Shown: positions 17,358 through 28,049, counted from the first letter of the stretch. The stretch: DNA of 64,000 bases from Verrucomicrobia bacterium ADurb.Bin070 (GCA_002071025.1 MWEJ01000001.1:2178-66177); one strand, 5' to 3'. Notes: generated by a model from the sequence alone, not told the origin. Numbers and translations are program-made.

Positions 17358-17903
17358 ATGCTGTTGTCGTGTTGGTGTTATTTGCTGGGACTCATCTGTG
17401 TGTTGCTGGGCGCATCCATCGCGCTCGCGCCGGACCGGATGGCGCGCGTGTATCGGGCGCTGCCGCGCAGCAAGGCTGCGGGTAGGGTGCTCAGCACGGT
17501 GGCGTGGATCTGGGCAGGGTACGCCGTCTGGACGATGGGCCTCGATTTCCTGCAACCGTTCAAGATGTATATTCCGGTGGCGGGGATGATCTGTATTCCG
17601 CTCACCTGGTTCTGGCTCGACAACTTGTTGCCGTGCCGTGCGCTGGGCGGCATTCTCGTGCTTTTCCCGTACGAGTTGCTGCACGCGGCGCGCGTTCACG
17701 CCTCGCCTTGGCGGCTTCTGGTGGTGACGGTCGCCTATCTCTGTATCGTCAAGGGCATGGTCCTGTTGCTCTATCCTTGGAAAATGCGCCAAGCGATCGA
17801 GTGGTTCACGGCGCACCCCGCGCTGTTCAGACTGGGCGGCGTGCTCAACACGTTGCTGGGGCTGCTGCTGATCGCGGTCGGCGCGACCGTTTTACGCGGT
17901 TAA
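17358..17903 (+). CDS. Hypothetical integral membrane protein (~181 aa, 5 TM)
   Basis: Hydrophobic helices; GAACAGGAG ribosome-binding site ahead of the ATG at 17358. The upstream part of track ORF 17208..17903 is rejected as non-coding. Confidence 0.45.
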   Translation: MLLSCWCYLLGLICVLLGASIALAPDRMARVYRALPRSKAAGRVLSTVAWIWAGYAVWTMGLDFLQPFKMYIPVAGMICIPLTWFWLDNLLPCRALGGILVLFPYELLHAARVHASPWRLLVVTVAYLCIVKGMVLLLYPWKMRQAIEWFTAHPALFRLGGVLNTLLGLLLIAVGATVLRG

Positions 17904-17917
17904 GGGCCTGCGGTGGC

Positions 17918-20302
17918 TCACTGCCAGAAGGCGGCTTCATTTGTTGACAGGGTGCCGTCACGCAATTGCGCACGGATGCGGCGTTCGTCCAGTTTGCGCG
18001 GAATGCCGCGGGACCCTGTCGTGTCGGGCTTGAGCGCGACAGATGGGCGTGGTTCGCGCGTATGTGTCACGTGAACGGTGTCGCGTGGCTCACTCTGGGC
18101 CGGCAGCCTGTCGGACTGCGCAGTGCGCAAGCCGGCACCGAATAAAACTCCTGCGGCAGCAAGGGCCACGCCGGTCGCCAATCGCGGCGTTGCGCCGCAG
18201 ACTGCCGCGCAGAGGCCGAGGCCGACAGCCAGGGCCGCGAAGCAGAGTACCGCGCCCTCAAGTCCCGCGAGCGGCACCAGTAAGATAAAGGCGAGTCCGG
18301 CCAATGCCGCGCCTGTGGCATCGGCCAGCACAAAGACGGCCGCATCCTCGGCCCGTCGATCGAGACGAGCACCCAACGCCACCGGAACGGCGGCGCCGGC
18401 CACAGCACCAGCCGGCAGACAGAAGGCGACGACGCTCCACGCCGCGTCAAGACTCGCGCTGCCCGACAGAGCCGCCCACGCCACGGCGACCTGTGCCAAC
18501 GGCAGCAGGAGTGCCGCCGCGCGCCCGGTGACGCTGTTGGACGGCCCGCGCGCGGTCAGTCGTTCGCCCAGTCGGTTGCCGCAAAACAGGCCGCTCAGAT
18601 AGAGCGCACTGCCTGCGCCGGCCAGTACATAGAGTGCGCCGAACCGCGCGTGGAGTTGATAGAGCACGGCCAGCGACACGACAAGTCCGAACGCGCCGCA
18701 GCCGGCCAGCCACGCCGCCCACAAGCGTCGCGGCGCGTGGCGGGCACCGCCCAGTGCAACCGGTGCGGCCCACAGCATCACGAGCAGCAGGCCGAGCAGT
18801 CGACTCCCCCTGCTTCCTTGGGGATCGTTCAGCCAGGCGAGCGCGAGACCCGGTGAAGCGGTCGGATATTCGGCGCGTATGGCGTCGGCCAGCCCCAGCG
18901 CCAGCATGCGCTCGGCGCGAAACGCTTCCGGCAGCAGGGCATCGTACGTCGGAGCGAGCGCCGGACAGGTTTCGGCCATCCGAGACACGCGTGGGACGTC
19001 GTAGAGCAGCGCGACCGCCTCGGTCGGGAAACGCGAAGCCTTCTTTAGCAGCGCGAAGCGGGACGGTGCGGCATCCGCCCCGTACGCCAGTCCCGGGACC
19101 TGCGCGGCGATCCACCAGCCGCCGGCGCCGGCGGCCAGCACGCCGCTTTCGGGCCAGACCAGGCGCACGGGACGCGCGGACGCATCCAGCAGGGCGGCGC
19201 GTTCAGGCGTGAGGTGCGTGGCATCACACGGCAGCGCGAATAGCGCGGCGCCGGTGCGGCGCGTGACACGCCGCACGGCACGGATGAACGCCGAGCCGCG
19301 CCACGTTGCGCCGCTTAAGGAAGTCGCTGGGGGCTGCTGTACCATGATGAGGTCGAAACTGCCTTCGGGCTGTTCGTCCAGAAAACGGCGGGGCGGGATG
19401 CCGGCCGCTCGGACGGACGTGCGGATCCCTGCGGCGGCGACGGCGCTGAGCAGTAGCGTTCCATAGCGCGCGTCGGGTGGGCACCACGTGATGGCGAGAT
19501 CAGGCCTAAAGGATTCCAAGGCCAGAGCTGTTGCGAGCGGCACCTGGCCGAGCAACAGGGCGTTGGCCGCGTAGGGACGTTGCGACAGGGCGAGCACGGC
19601 CTGTTCCACGGAACGGTCGCCCTCCGGCAGCAGCTCGCTGACACCGCCCGAGGTGAGGGCGTAGAAGGTTCCGCCGTGCGTGCCAAAGAGGGTGGTGCCG
19701 CCGCCGGTCTCAAATCGGCCAGGTGCGGTGCCGGCCTGCGGGAAGAAACGGGTCCACTCGGCGGCGTCGCGCGGGTCCGGCGTAATGCCGGCTGTCAGCA
19801 GGGCGGTCAGGATTGCGCCGCAGAGCGCCGAGCCCAGGGCCTCGGCGGCAAAGGCGCGTCCGGCCGGGAGCCCCATGCGTTCCAGGGCCAAACAGAACGC
19901 GGGCACGCCCCAACCGATCGCGAAGCAGAAGGGGAGATTGACCAGCAGGCATCCGAGCGCGAGATGCATCAGCGGGAAGGCGTGATAGGCGGCCAGGCCC
20001 AGCCAGGCGCGCAAGTTACCGATGACCGCATAGTGGCCCAGATAGAGGAGTGCGCACAGCAGAGGCGGCAACCCGACGTGGCCGGCGAGAAGCCGGATCA
20101 GGCGGCGGCCCGGCGGCGTGGATGCGGCTGCTGCACCCAGGCCGGCGCCGAACAGCCAGGAGGAGAGGAAGAGCGCGACGCCCAGCTCGGTGGATTCAAA
20201 ACGCCACAGGAAGCGCCGCAGCAGTAAAGTCTGCGACGCCAAGGTGACAGCGCCGAAGGCCGCTGCCGCCAGGCAGACGGTTAACCCGCGGAAATGTTTC
20301 AT
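17918..20302 (-). CDS. Large polytopic membrane protein with a central spermidine-synthase-like (polyamine aminopropyltransferase fold) domain; fused MFS/spermidine-synthase-type family
   Basis: N- and C-terminal blocks of TM helices flank a soluble ~300-aa domain (LLLGQVPLATALALESFRPDLAITWCPPDARYG...) that resembles the SpeE fold, but the usual GGGDGG SAM/dcSAM motif is degenerate. Confidence 0.5.
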   Translation of the reverse strand: MKHFRGLTVCLAAAAFGAVTLASQTLLLRRFLWRFESTELGVALFLSSWLFGAGLGAAAASTPPGRRLIRLLAGHVGLPPLLCALLYLGHYAVIGNLRAWLGLAAYHAFPLMHLALGCLLVNLPFCFAIGWGVPAFCLALERMGLPAGRAFAAEALGSALCGAILTALLTAGITPDPRDAAEWTRFFPQAGTAPGRFETGGGTTLFGTHGGTFYALTSGGVSELLPEGDRSVEQAVLALSQRPYAANALLLGQVPLATALALESFRPDLAITWCPPDARYGTLLLSAVAAAGIRTSVRAAGIPPRRFLDEQPEGSFDLIMVQQPPATSLSGATWRGSAFIRAVRRVTRRTGAALFALPCDATHLTPERAALLDASARPVRLVWPESGVLAAGAGGWWIAAQVPGLAYGADAAPSRFALLKKASRFPTEAVALLYDVPRVSRMAETCPALAPTYDALLPEAFRAERMLALGLADAIRAEYPTASPGLALAWLNDPQGSRGSRLLGLLLVMLWAAPVALGGARHAPRRLWAAWLAGCGAFGLVVSLAVLYQLHARFGALYVLAGAGSALYLSGLFCGNRLGERLTARGPSNSVTGRAAALLLPLAQVAVAWAALSGSASLDAAWSVVAFCLPAGAVAGAAVPVALGARLDRRAEDAAVFVLADATGAALAGLAFILLVPLAGLEGAVLCFAALAVGLGLCAAVCGATPRLATGVALAAAGVLFGAGLRTAQSDRLPAQSEPRDTVHVTHTREPRPSVALKPDTTGSRGIPRKLDERRIRAQLRDGTLSTNEAAFWQ

Positions 20303-20319
20303 GTCCCGTCCGTTGGGGG

Positions 20320-21723
20320 TCAGACGTTCTCGAATGTCTGGCCCGGCATCGGCGCGACAACCTGCCGCACGCCGTGCTGACGGACCAGTTCGGTCATGGC
20401 GGCCACCTTTTCGGGCTCGCCGTGGACCGCAAAGACACGGTTCAGGCGCGGCCCTTTGATGCCGTCGAGCCAGCGCATCAGCGCGGTTCGGTCCGCGTGG
20501 GCCGAAAGGGCGTTGATCGTATGGACGCGCGCGTTCAGTTCAAACTCGTCGCCCAGAATCTTGAGCGGCGACTGGCGCTCCACGATGCGGCGTCCCAACG
20601 TGTGCTCGGCCTGGAAACCGACGATCAGGATGATGTTGCGCGGATCGCCCACCGCGCGCTGTAGGTGGTGGAGCACGCGCCCACCCTCACACATGCCGGA
20701 GGCGGCGATGATGACCAGCGGGCCGGGCAACTCGTTCAGCGCTTTCGACTGGTCGGGCGTCTCGACGAAGCGTAGTCCGGGGAATTTCATAGGGTCGATC
20801 CCTTGGCGCAGGATGTCCGAGGCCTCTTCGTCATAACACTCCCTGTGCGCGGTGTAGACCTTGGTCGCCTTGAGCGAGAGCGGGCTGTCGACATACACCG
20901 ACGTGGGGCGCAAGCGGCCCTCTTCGACTAAGCGGTTCAGGGCATAGAGGATGTTCTGGGTGCGGCCGACGCTGAATGCCGGGATGATGAGCCGCGATTT
21001 TTGCTGATGAATATCGTCGATGAACCCTTTGAGCCGCCCCTTGACATCCTCGGTGGAAGGGTGGTCGCGGTCGGCGTAGGTACTCTCGATGAGCAGGACA
21101 TCCGCATCCTGCGGCATGTCATAATCGCGCAGGATCGGCTGGCCGGGTTGTCCCAGATCGCCGGTGAACAGCAGGCGGCGGATATGGCCTGAGGGGTCTT
21201 TAACATCGAGCTGGGTCAGGGCCGACCCCAGAATGTGACCCGCATTGTGGAAGACGAGAGAGACCCCGTTGCCCAGATCGACCTGGCGCTTCAGAGGCTC
21301 GGGTTTGAAACGGCGCATGATCGCGTCGACATCCTGCTGTTCGTAGAGCGGTTCAAAGAGGTTTTTGCCCTGCTGCGCCCGTTTTTTGTTGATGTACTCA
21401 AGGTCGCGCATCTGCAGAAAGGCCGAGTCGCGCAGCATGATGTCGCACAGGTCGCGCGTGGCCGGCGTGCTGTAGACCTGGCCGCGGAAGCCGTGGCGGG
21501 CGAGGGTCGGCAGGTTGCCGCTGTGGTCGATGTGCGCATGCGACAGCACTACGGCGTCGAGCGAGGCGGGGTCGATCGGCATGCGGCGATTACGCTCGAA
21601 GGCTTCTTTTCTGCTGCCTTGATAGAGCCCGCAGTCGAGCAAGATCTTCAGCCCGTTCGCCTCGACCAGGTGCATCGAGCCGGTCGTGGTTTGCGCGGCC
21701 CCGAAAAAAGTCAAATTCATCAT
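20320..21723 (-). CDS. MBL-fold metallo-hydrolase with beta-CASP and RNA-specificity domains (RNase J / CPSF-like)
   Basis: HAHIDHSGNLP (HxHxDH motif); beta-CASP and C-terminal RMMBL region; ~467 aa. Confidence 0.8.
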   Translation of the reverse strand: MMNLTFFGAAQTTTGSMHLVEANGLKILLDCGLYQGSRKEAFERNRRMPIDPASLDAVVLSHAHIDHSGNLPTLARHGFRGQVYSTPATRDLCDIMLRDSAFLQMRDLEYINKKRAQQGKNLFEPLYEQQDVDAIMRRFKPEPLKRQVDLGNGVSLVFHNAGHILGSALTQLDVKDPSGHIRRLLFTGDLGQPGQPILRDYDMPQDADVLLIESTYADRDHPSTEDVKGRLKGFIDDIHQQKSRLIIPAFSVGRTQNILYALNRLVEEGRLRPTSVYVDSPLSLKATKVYTAHRECYDEEASDILRQGIDPMKFPGLRFVETPDQSKALNELPGPLVIIAASGMCEGGRVLHHLQRAVGDPRNIILIVGFQAEHTLGRRIVERQSPLKILGDEFELNARVHTINALSAHADRTALMRWLDGIKGPRLNRVFAVHGEPEKVAAMTELVRQHGVRQVVAPMPGQTFENV

Positions 21724-21880
21724 CGTTGTTCTCCTTTATCCGGATTCTCATCGTGGGCCCCATTGTAACTGAACTCACCGCGTCGGAACAGCTCAATTTC
21801 CCTGCGTGAATAGAGCGAAATTCGGTCTGTCCGCCGTGCGGATTGTGTCGTGGATTATGCGGATTATGCGCCATATCCCA

Positions 21881-21909
21881 TTGACACCCGTACTCTTATG
21901 CGATACCAT
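21881..21909 (+). promoter_or_regulatory. Sigma70-like promoter for nusA (TTGACA-N17-TACCAT), preceded by the tandem repeat GGATTATGC x2 at 21851-21869
   Basis: Perfect -35 hexamer and a 4/6 -10 hexamer at canonical spacing, about 90 bp upstream of the nusA ATG. Confidence 0.35.
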
Positions 21910-21939
21910 ACATCATCTTTTTTAAGAAATAAAAAGGGT

Positions 21940-21962
21940 GGGGGTTCCCCGCTCTTTTTTGT
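21940..21962 (+). promoter_or_regulatory. Leader hairpin with T-run (GGGGG-tt-CCCC then GCTCTTTTTT) in the nusA 5' leader; possible attenuator or autoregulatory site
   Basis: GC stem followed by a T tract, between the predicted promoter and the nusA start. NusA-dependent leader termination is known for nusA-infB operons. Confidence 0.3.
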
Positions 21963-21994
21963 TGTGGAACCTTGAAGCGGAAGGCGGTGCTGCG

Positions 21995-23254
21995 ATGAAC
22001 AACGAATTGCTGTCGATTATCAGTTACCTGGAGCGAGATCGCGGGGTGAACCGGGAGATCATCATCCAGGCGATCGAGTCGGCCATTCAGCAAGCCGCCC
22101 GCAAGAGTTTGGACGTCTCCAATGACCTGCGCGTGGAGATCGACCGGAAAACGTTGTCGATCAAGGCGTTCGACACCGTCATCGTCTCGGACGAGGACAG
22201 CGGTGTTGGTTTCTTGGCGTTACGCCGGGCGCGGACGCTGAAGCGCGACGTGAAACCCGGCGACACGTTGGACATTGAGATTCCTCCTTCGCATTTGGGA
22301 CGTATCGCGGCGCAGACGGCGCGCCAGATGATCCTGCAAAAAATCCGCGAAGCGGAGCGCAAGAACGTCTATGACGAGTACAAGGACCGCATCGGCGACA
22401 TTGTCAGCGGCACCATCCGGCAGATCATCCACCGCGACCTGATTGTGGAACTGGGCAAAACCGAAGCGATCCTGCCGGCTAAAGAACGCATTCCTACTGA
22501 GGAGTATAATGTCGGCGACCGTATCCGCGCGTATGTGTTCCGCGTTCAGTCCGGCGTGAACGGTCCGGCGGTGGTTCTGTCGCGCGCCTGTTCAGATTTT
22601 GTAAAGACCCTGTTCCGTCTTGAGGTTTCCGAGATCGCGGATGGCATCGTGGAGGTCATGGGGGTCGCTCGGGATCCGGGTTATCGCTCCAAGATCGCCG
22701 TCAAAACCTTGGATGAGAAGGTCGATCCGGTCGGCGCGTGCGTCGGATTGCGCGGTGTGCGTGTACGCAACATCGTACGCGAGTTGAACGGCGAGAAAAT
22801 CGACATCGTGCGCTGGAGCGAGGACATTAAGCAGTACGTGGCCCAGTCGCTGGCGCCGGCGAAGCTGGAGGGAGTCACGATTGACCCGGACGAGGCCCGC
22901 ACCGTGCATGTGATGGTCGCGCCGGACCAGCTTTCGCTGGCGATCGGCAAGCGTGGCCAGAACGTGCGACTCTCTTCGAAGCTCACGGGCTGGCGTATCA
23001 ACATCCAGAAGAGCGGCGAAGAAGTTTCTTTTGAAGAGCAGCGCGAAACGGCGGTTAAAGAGTTGGCCGAGGTGTTGGACATCAGCGAGGAGACCGCTTC
23101 CACCTTGGTGGCGAATGGCTTCCTGACGACCGATGGCATCATTGATGCCGAGATTCCCTACTTGCAGGAAGTAACGGGACTCGACGAGGAAACCGTGCGC
23201 AAGATCTGGACTGCGGCCCAAGGCGCGAACGGCGTGGATGAAGCGGGAGAGTAA
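21995..23254 (+). CDS. nusA: Transcription termination/antitermination factor NusA
   Basis: N-terminal domain, S1 domain and two KH domains (MNNELLSIISYLERDRGVN...). Start refined to the ATG at 21995. No rimP upstream. Confidence 0.9.
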   Translation: MNNELLSIISYLERDRGVNREIIIQAIESAIQQAARKSLDVSNDLRVEIDRKTLSIKAFDTVIVSDEDSGVGFLALRRARTLKRDVKPGDTLDIEIPPSHLGRIAAQTARQMILQKIREAERKNVYDEYKDRIGDIVSGTIRQIIHRDLIVELGKTEAILPAKERIPTEEYNVGDRIRAYVFRVQSGVNGPAVVLSRACSDFVKTLFRLEVSEIADGIVEVMGVARDPGYRSKIAVKTLDEKVDPVGACVGLRGVRVRNIVRELNGEKIDIVRWSEDIKQYVAQSLAPAKLEGVTIDPDEARTVHVMVAPDQLSLAIGKRGQNVRLSSKLTGWRINIQKSGEEVSFEEQRETAVKELAEVLDISEETASTLVANGFLTTDGIIDAEIPYLQEVTGLDEETVRKIWTAAQGANGVDEAGE

Positions 23255-23260
23255 GAGAGT

Positions 23261-25852
23261 ATGATGAGAGTATGTGAACTTGCGAAGAAAATGAGAACCT
23301 CCAGCTTGGAGGTCCTCAAGCAGGCCGATGCCTTGGACATTGAAGCCTACTCACCGCTTTCCCAGCTCGACGCCGCGGACGCGTCGCGTCTGCAGGAGGT
23401 GTTCTCCAAACGGAGCGCGAGCGATATTGAGGCGGAGAGCGCGGCGCGTGCCGCCTGTTATCAGGAAAAGCGCACGGCCGCCGCCACGCGACGCGCGGCG
23501 CAGGTGCAGACCGAACGTGCGGTTCTGGAAGCGAACCGCGCCCGCGCGCTGGAGATGGAGGCCTTGATCCACGGACGCGCTCCGGTCGCGTCAGCGGCGC
23601 CCGCCGCGCCTTCTGCGGCGACGGCCGAGGCTGTTGTCGCGGCTCCGTCCCCGGCCGCCGCACCTGTGGCAGAGGCGGTTGCGCCGGTTGACGCAACAAC
23701 GCCTGCCGCACCCGAAACGGCGGCGCCTGCGGTGTCCGCAGAGGCGGCCACGCCTGCTGCCGCTGCTGCGACCAAAGCCGGCGATCATGCCGCGAAGGCC
23801 GCGGCCAAGGGGAAGCCCGCCCGCTACGTGGTCGAGGACGAGCTTGAGCCGGAGGAGCAGATCGCAGCCGCTTTCATTGAGCGCATTGCTAAAGATCCCG
23901 TCCGCGAGCCACCTAAAGCGACGCGGACCCAGGTGCAGAAGAGTGGGCGAGAGAAGGACGTCGGCCGCGTCGCGGCACGCGGCGTCCAGTCTCCGCACGC
24001 GCCGCGTGCTGGCCTGCCGCCGCAGCGCCCCGGCGTGCGACTGCCGCCGCAGGAGTCTTCGATTGCGCCGGACCGCGTGATCCCGTTGCGTGGTGCGGTG
24101 GTCGTCAAAGATCTGGCGGAAAAACTGGGGTTGCGTCCCAATCGCCTGATCGCCGATCTGATGCAATTGAATATTTTGGCCTCGATCAACCAGCGCGTCG
24201 AACTGGACGTCGCGCAAAAGATCGCGGACAAATACGGATTCAAGATCGAGGTGGAACGCGCCAAGCGCTCGACCGAGCGTCGCCCGGTATTGCGCAGCGA
24301 GGACGCGGATGACGCTATCCCTGAAGACAAGTCCGAAGAACTGATGCCGCGTCCGCCGGTGGTCACCTTCTTGGGTCACGTCGACCACGGCAAGACGTCG
24401 CTGATGGACCGTATCCGCAACACCCATGTGGTGAAAGGGGAAGCCGGCGGCATTACGCAACATATCGGTGCCTACACCGTGGAGATCAACGGACGCAAGA
24501 TCACATTCTTGGACACGCCCGGCCATGCGGCCTTCTCGGCGATGCGAGCCCGCGGTGCCATGCTGACCGATATCGCGGTAATCATCATCGCGGCCGATGA
24601 CGGCATCATGCCGCAGACGCGCGAGGCGATCAAAGCCGCGCAGCAGGCCGGTGTGCAGATCATGGTGGCCATCAACAAATGTGACTTGCCGGCCGCCAAG
24701 CCGGACCGCGTGCGCCAGATGCTTCAGGGCGAAGGGTTGACACCGGAAGAGTGGGGCGGTGATGTCATCTGCTCCGAGGTGTCTGCCATGACCGGCAAGG
24801 GTATCGACCATCTGTTGGAAATGATTCTGCTACAGACCGATATGTTGGAGCTGACCGCCAACCCGAGCCGCCGCGCCGACGGCTACGTGGTTGAGGCTCA
24901 GCTTGAGCAAGGACTCGGGCCGACGGCCACGCTGCTGATCATGGGCGGCACGTTGAATGTGGGAGATGTGTTGCTGTGCGGCGAACATTTCGGACGCATC
25001 CGCGGCCTGATGGATGACCGCGGGCGGCGCATCAAGTCGGCCATGCCCGCCACGGCGGTCAAGTGTATGGGCCTGTCCGGCGTGCCGGAAGCCGGTGCAG
25101 CGTTCCGCGTGATGCTGAATGAAAAACGCGCGCGCGAGCTGGCCGAGAAGGCGGCGGAAGAACGCAAGCAAACGCAGCTCTCGAGCACCAAGGCCACGTC
25201 GCTGGACGCGCTGATGAATCAGATCAAGGATAACCAGCGTCGCGAGTTGGCCCTGATTGTGAAGGCCGACACACAGGGCTCCTCCGAAGCGATCTGCGAA
25301 GCGCTCAAGGAGATCAAGAGCGAGAAAGTCACGCTCAACATCATCCATGAGGCGATCGGTAATGTTTCGGCCACGGACGTCAACAAAGCCGCCGCCGGGC
25401 AGGCCCTGATTGTCGGCTTCAGCGTGGGCTGCGATGCCGGCGTGCAGCAGCAGGCACGCCATGACGGCGTGCGCATCAGCACGTACCGCATCATTTACGA
25501 GCTGCTCGACTTCGTGAAACAGCGCATGCTTGACCTGCTGTCGCCCGAATACAAAGAAGTGGTCAAGGGCCATGCCGAGATCCGTGCGATCTTTGACATC
25601 GGCAAGACGGGGCGCGTGGCCGGCTGCCAGATGATGGACGGCGTGATCCGCGCCGATGCCATGTTCCGGATTTTCCGCAACAAAGAGAAGATCTGGGAAG
25701 GCAAGCTCTCGGCGCTCAAGCATTTCCAGAATGAGGTTTCAGAAATCACGGGCTCGCAAGAGTGCGGTATTTTGTTCAATGGGTTCGAGGGGTTCCAGGC
25801 CGGCGACACCGTCGAGTGTTTTGCGCTGGAAGAACTGCCGCGTACCCTGTAA
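23261..25852 (+). CDS. infB: Translation initiation factor IF-2
   Basis: Ala/Pro-rich linker, G domain [12 protein letters not shown]...DTPGH...NKCD, and C-terminal IF2 domains. Confidence 0.9.
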   Translation: MMRVCELAKKMRTSSLEVLKQADALDIEAYSPLSQLDAADASRLQEVFSKRSASDIEAESAARAACYQEKRTAAATRRAAQVQTERAVLEANRARALEMEALIHGRAPVASAAPAAPSAATAEAVVAAPSPAAAPVAEAVAPVDATTPAAPETAAPAVSAEAATPAAAAATKAGDHAAKAAAKGKPARYVVEDELEPEEQIAAAFIERIAKDPVREPPKATRTQVQKSGREKDVGRVAARGVQSPHAPRAGLPPQRPGVRLPPQESSIAPDRVIPLRGAVVVKDLAEKLGLRPNRLIADLMQLNILASINQRVELDVAQKIADKYGFKIEVERAKRSTERRPVLRSEDADDAIPEDKSEELMPRPPVVTFLGHVDHGKTSLMDRIRNTHVVKGEAGGITQHIGAYTVEINGRKITFLDTPGHAAFSAMRARGAMLTDIAVIIIAADDGIMPQTREAIKAAQQAGVQIMVAINKCDLPAAKPDRVRQMLQGEGLTPEEWGGDVICSEVSAMTGKGIDHLLEMILLQTDMLELTANPSRRADGYVVEAQLEQGLGPTATLLIMGGTLNVGDVLLCGEHFGRIRGLMDDRGRRIKSAMPATAVKCMGLSGVPEAGAAFRVMLNEKRARELAEKAAEERKQTQLSSTKATSLDALMNQIKDNQRRELALIVKADTQGSSEAICEALKEIKSEKVTLNIIHEAIGNVSATDVNKAAAGQALIVGFSVGCDAGVQQQARHDGVRISTYRIIYELLDFVKQRMLDLLSPEYKEVVKGHAEIRAIFDIGKTGRVAGCQMMDGVIRADAMFRIFRNKEKIWEGKLSALKHFQNEVSEITGSQECGILFNGFEGFQAGDTVECFALEELPRTL

Positions 25853-25882
25853 CCGCTTCTGGCGGGTTTACGAGGAGCTGAT

Positions 25883-26263
25883 ATGTCCATCGACCGTCTT
25901 GAGCGCGTCAACGCGCTGCTGCGGCGCGAGATCGGCGAAGCACTTTACAAAGTCTTTGCCGGTGACCCGATTGATCTCGGCGCCATTACGGTGACGCAGG
26001 TCGTGACATCGCGCAATCTGCGCAACGCCACGGTGAGCATCTCGGTCTTCGGCCATGAGCATGAGCGCCCAATGATCATCCGCAAGCTGGCCGGTAAAGC
26101 GCGCGATCTGCAGGCGATCATCAACCGCGACCTCACGCTGAAGTACACGCCACGCCTGCGTTTTCAGCTCGATACCTCCGTCGAAAAAGGGGACCATGTC
26201 TTGGCGGTGCTGAACCGGCTCGATGTTCCCCAAGCGGATGGGGCGACCGAACCTGAAGGCTGA
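25883..26263 (+). CDS. rbfA: Ribosome-binding factor A
   Basis: RLERVNALLRREIGEAL...; ~126 aa; canonical position after infB. Confidence 0.85.
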   Translation: MSIDRLERVNALLRREIGEALYKVFAGDPIDLGAITVTQVVTSRNLRNATVSISVFGHEHERPMIIRKLAGKARDLQAIINRDLTLKYTPRLRFQLDTSVEKGDHVLAVLNRLDVPQADGATEPEG

Positions 26264-26313
26264 CGCGCCTGCGCGCGTGTCCGCTCTGTCTTGTTTTCTT
26301 TCTGTACGCGATC

Positions 26314-27048
26314 ATGACTCCTTTTTCACCTTCTCAGGCTCCGCTGGACGGCGTGCTGCTGGTTGACAAACCGGCCGGGCCGACCTCGCATGATGTCGTT
26401 CACCGCATCCGAAAAACGTTCCGCATCGACAAGGTCGGACATGGCGGCACCCTCGATCCCAACGCCACAGGGTTGCTGGTGATCCTACTCGGTAAAGGGA
26501 CCAAGCTGTCGGACCGCATCATGGGAGGCGACAAAGCCTATACCGGTGAAATGCGCCTCGGGCGCACCACGTCGACTCAGGACTGCGAAGGCGAAACGCT
26601 GGAGGAAAAGCTCTGGCAGACGGTGACGCGGGAGCAGGTCGAGGCGCAAATGGCGGCGCTGACGGGCGACCTCTTCCAGACACCGCCCATGGTGTCGGCG
26701 ATCAAGATCGACGGTGTGCCGCTTTACAAACTGGCGCGCAAAGGCCAGGAGGTCGAACGCAAGCCGCGTTTCATCCACGTCTACCGCATGACGCTGACAG
26801 CCTGGGCACCGCCCTTGGCAACCTTTGATGTGCTCTGCACCAAAGGCACCTACGTACGCACACTGGCGCACGATATCGGCCAAGCGCTCGGGTGCGGCGC
26901 CTGCCTGGATGCGCTGCGCCGCACCGAGTCCGGCGCGTTTCATGTGAATGATGCCCTGCCGCTTGACGAGATTCTCGCGCTGTCGCCCGATCAACTCGTG
27001 CCTCGTGTGATTCCGTTCGCACGGGTCGCACGCGCTTCGCTGCCATGA
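26314..27048 (+). CDS. truB: tRNA pseudouridine(55) synthase TruB
   Basis: GVLLVDKPAGPTSHDVV...VGHGGTLDPNATGLL, catalytic Asp motif. Confidence 0.9.
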   Translation: MTPFSPSQAPLDGVLLVDKPAGPTSHDVVHRIRKTFRIDKVGHGGTLDPNATGLLVILLGKGTKLSDRIMGGDKAYTGEMRLGRTTSTQDCEGETLEEKLWQTVTREQVEAQMAALTGDLFQTPPMVSAIKIDGVPLYKLARKGQEVERKPRFIHVYRMTLTAWAPPLATFDVLCTKGTYVRTLAHDIGQALGCGACLDALRRTESGAFHVNDALPLDEILALSPDQLVPRVIPFARVARASLP

Positions 27049-28007
27049 AGACCCTTTCACAGCCCGCGCAGTTTCGAAAGATCCCAGGGCCGGTGGTTCT
27101 GGCCGCCGGATTTTTTGACGGTGTCCATCGGGGCCATCGGCTTGTTTTGGCCGGCGCGCTCGAGCGTGCGCGCGAATTGGGCGGCCAAGCTTGGGTGCTG
27201 ACGTTTGATCGGCATCCTCTGGCGGTGCTCGCGCCCTCAAAGTGTCCGCCCTTGCTCAGCACCTTGGAAGAGCGGTTGGGGCTGTTGGAGCAGAGCGGGG
27301 TTGACGGCGTGCTGGTGCTCGAATTCACGCGGCAACTGGCCGTGCAGGAGCCGGAAACCTTCATCCGCTGGCTGTGCGGAAGGCCGCGCATCCCGTCGCA
27401 GGCCGCGACGCGCGGCGATACGGCCAAACTCAGCGAGATCCGTTGCGGACACAACTGGCGTTTCGGCCGTCGCGCCGCCGGCACGCCCGAACTGCTGGCG
27501 CAGCTCGGCCAGCTTTACGGGTTCCGCGTCGTGATCGTGCCGTACGCCGAGTACCAGGGCATGGAGATCTCCAGCACGCGCATCCGGTTTGCCGTGCGCG
27601 AGGGCCGGCTCGCGGATGCGGCAGCCATGCTCGGCCGGCCCTACTCGGTGCGCGACACCGTGATCCGCGGCCGCGGCGTGGGGCACACGCTGGATGTCGC
27701 CACCGCCAATCTGCAGCCGAGCACCGAGGTCTTGCCGCCCAACGGCGTCTATGCCGTGCGCGTGCAGGCGATGGGCCGCACCTTCAACGGCGTCTCCAAT
27801 CTGGGCGTGCACCCGACCTTCGCGGACGCAGTGCCGGACCGCGCGCTGCTTGAGACGCACCTGCTGGATTTCGACGGAGACCTCTACGGACAAACCATTG
27901 AGGTCGCCTTCCTCGCCCGTCTGCGCGATGAACGTGCCTTCGCGTCGCCCGAGGCGCTCGCGCGCCAAATCGCTGACGATGTCCGCCAGGCATCGCGCTT
28001 TTTCTGA
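27045..28007 (+). CDS. ribF: Bifunctional riboflavin kinase / FAD synthetase
   Basis: N-terminal FAD synthetase (GFFDGVHRGH) and C-terminal riboflavin kinase. ATGA start/stop overlap with truB. Confidence 0.9.
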   Translation: MKTLSQPAQFRKIPGPVVLAAGFFDGVHRGHRLVLAGALERARELGGQAWVLTFDRHPLAVLAPSKCPPLLSTLEERLGLLEQSGVDGVLVLEFTRQLAVQEPETFIRWLCGRPRIPSQAATRGDTAKLSEIRCGHNWRFGRRAAGTPELLAQLGQLYGFRVVIVPYAEYQGMEISSTRIRFAVREGRLADAAAMLGRPYSVRDTVIRGRGVGHTLDVATANLQPSTEVLPPNGVYAVRVQAMGRTFNGVSNLGVHPTFADAVPDRALLETHLLDFDGDLYGQTIEVAFLARLRDERAFASPEALARQIADDVRQASRFF

Positions 28008-28049
28008 CACCTTCCGTGCGCGAGCTGACACACGTGGTTATTGCGCGTG

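Noticed and set aside
23570-23830. Ala/Pro/Val-rich low-complexity stretch with quasi-repeats
   Set aside because: Normal disordered linker of IF-2 between the N-domain and the G domain, not a repeat element.
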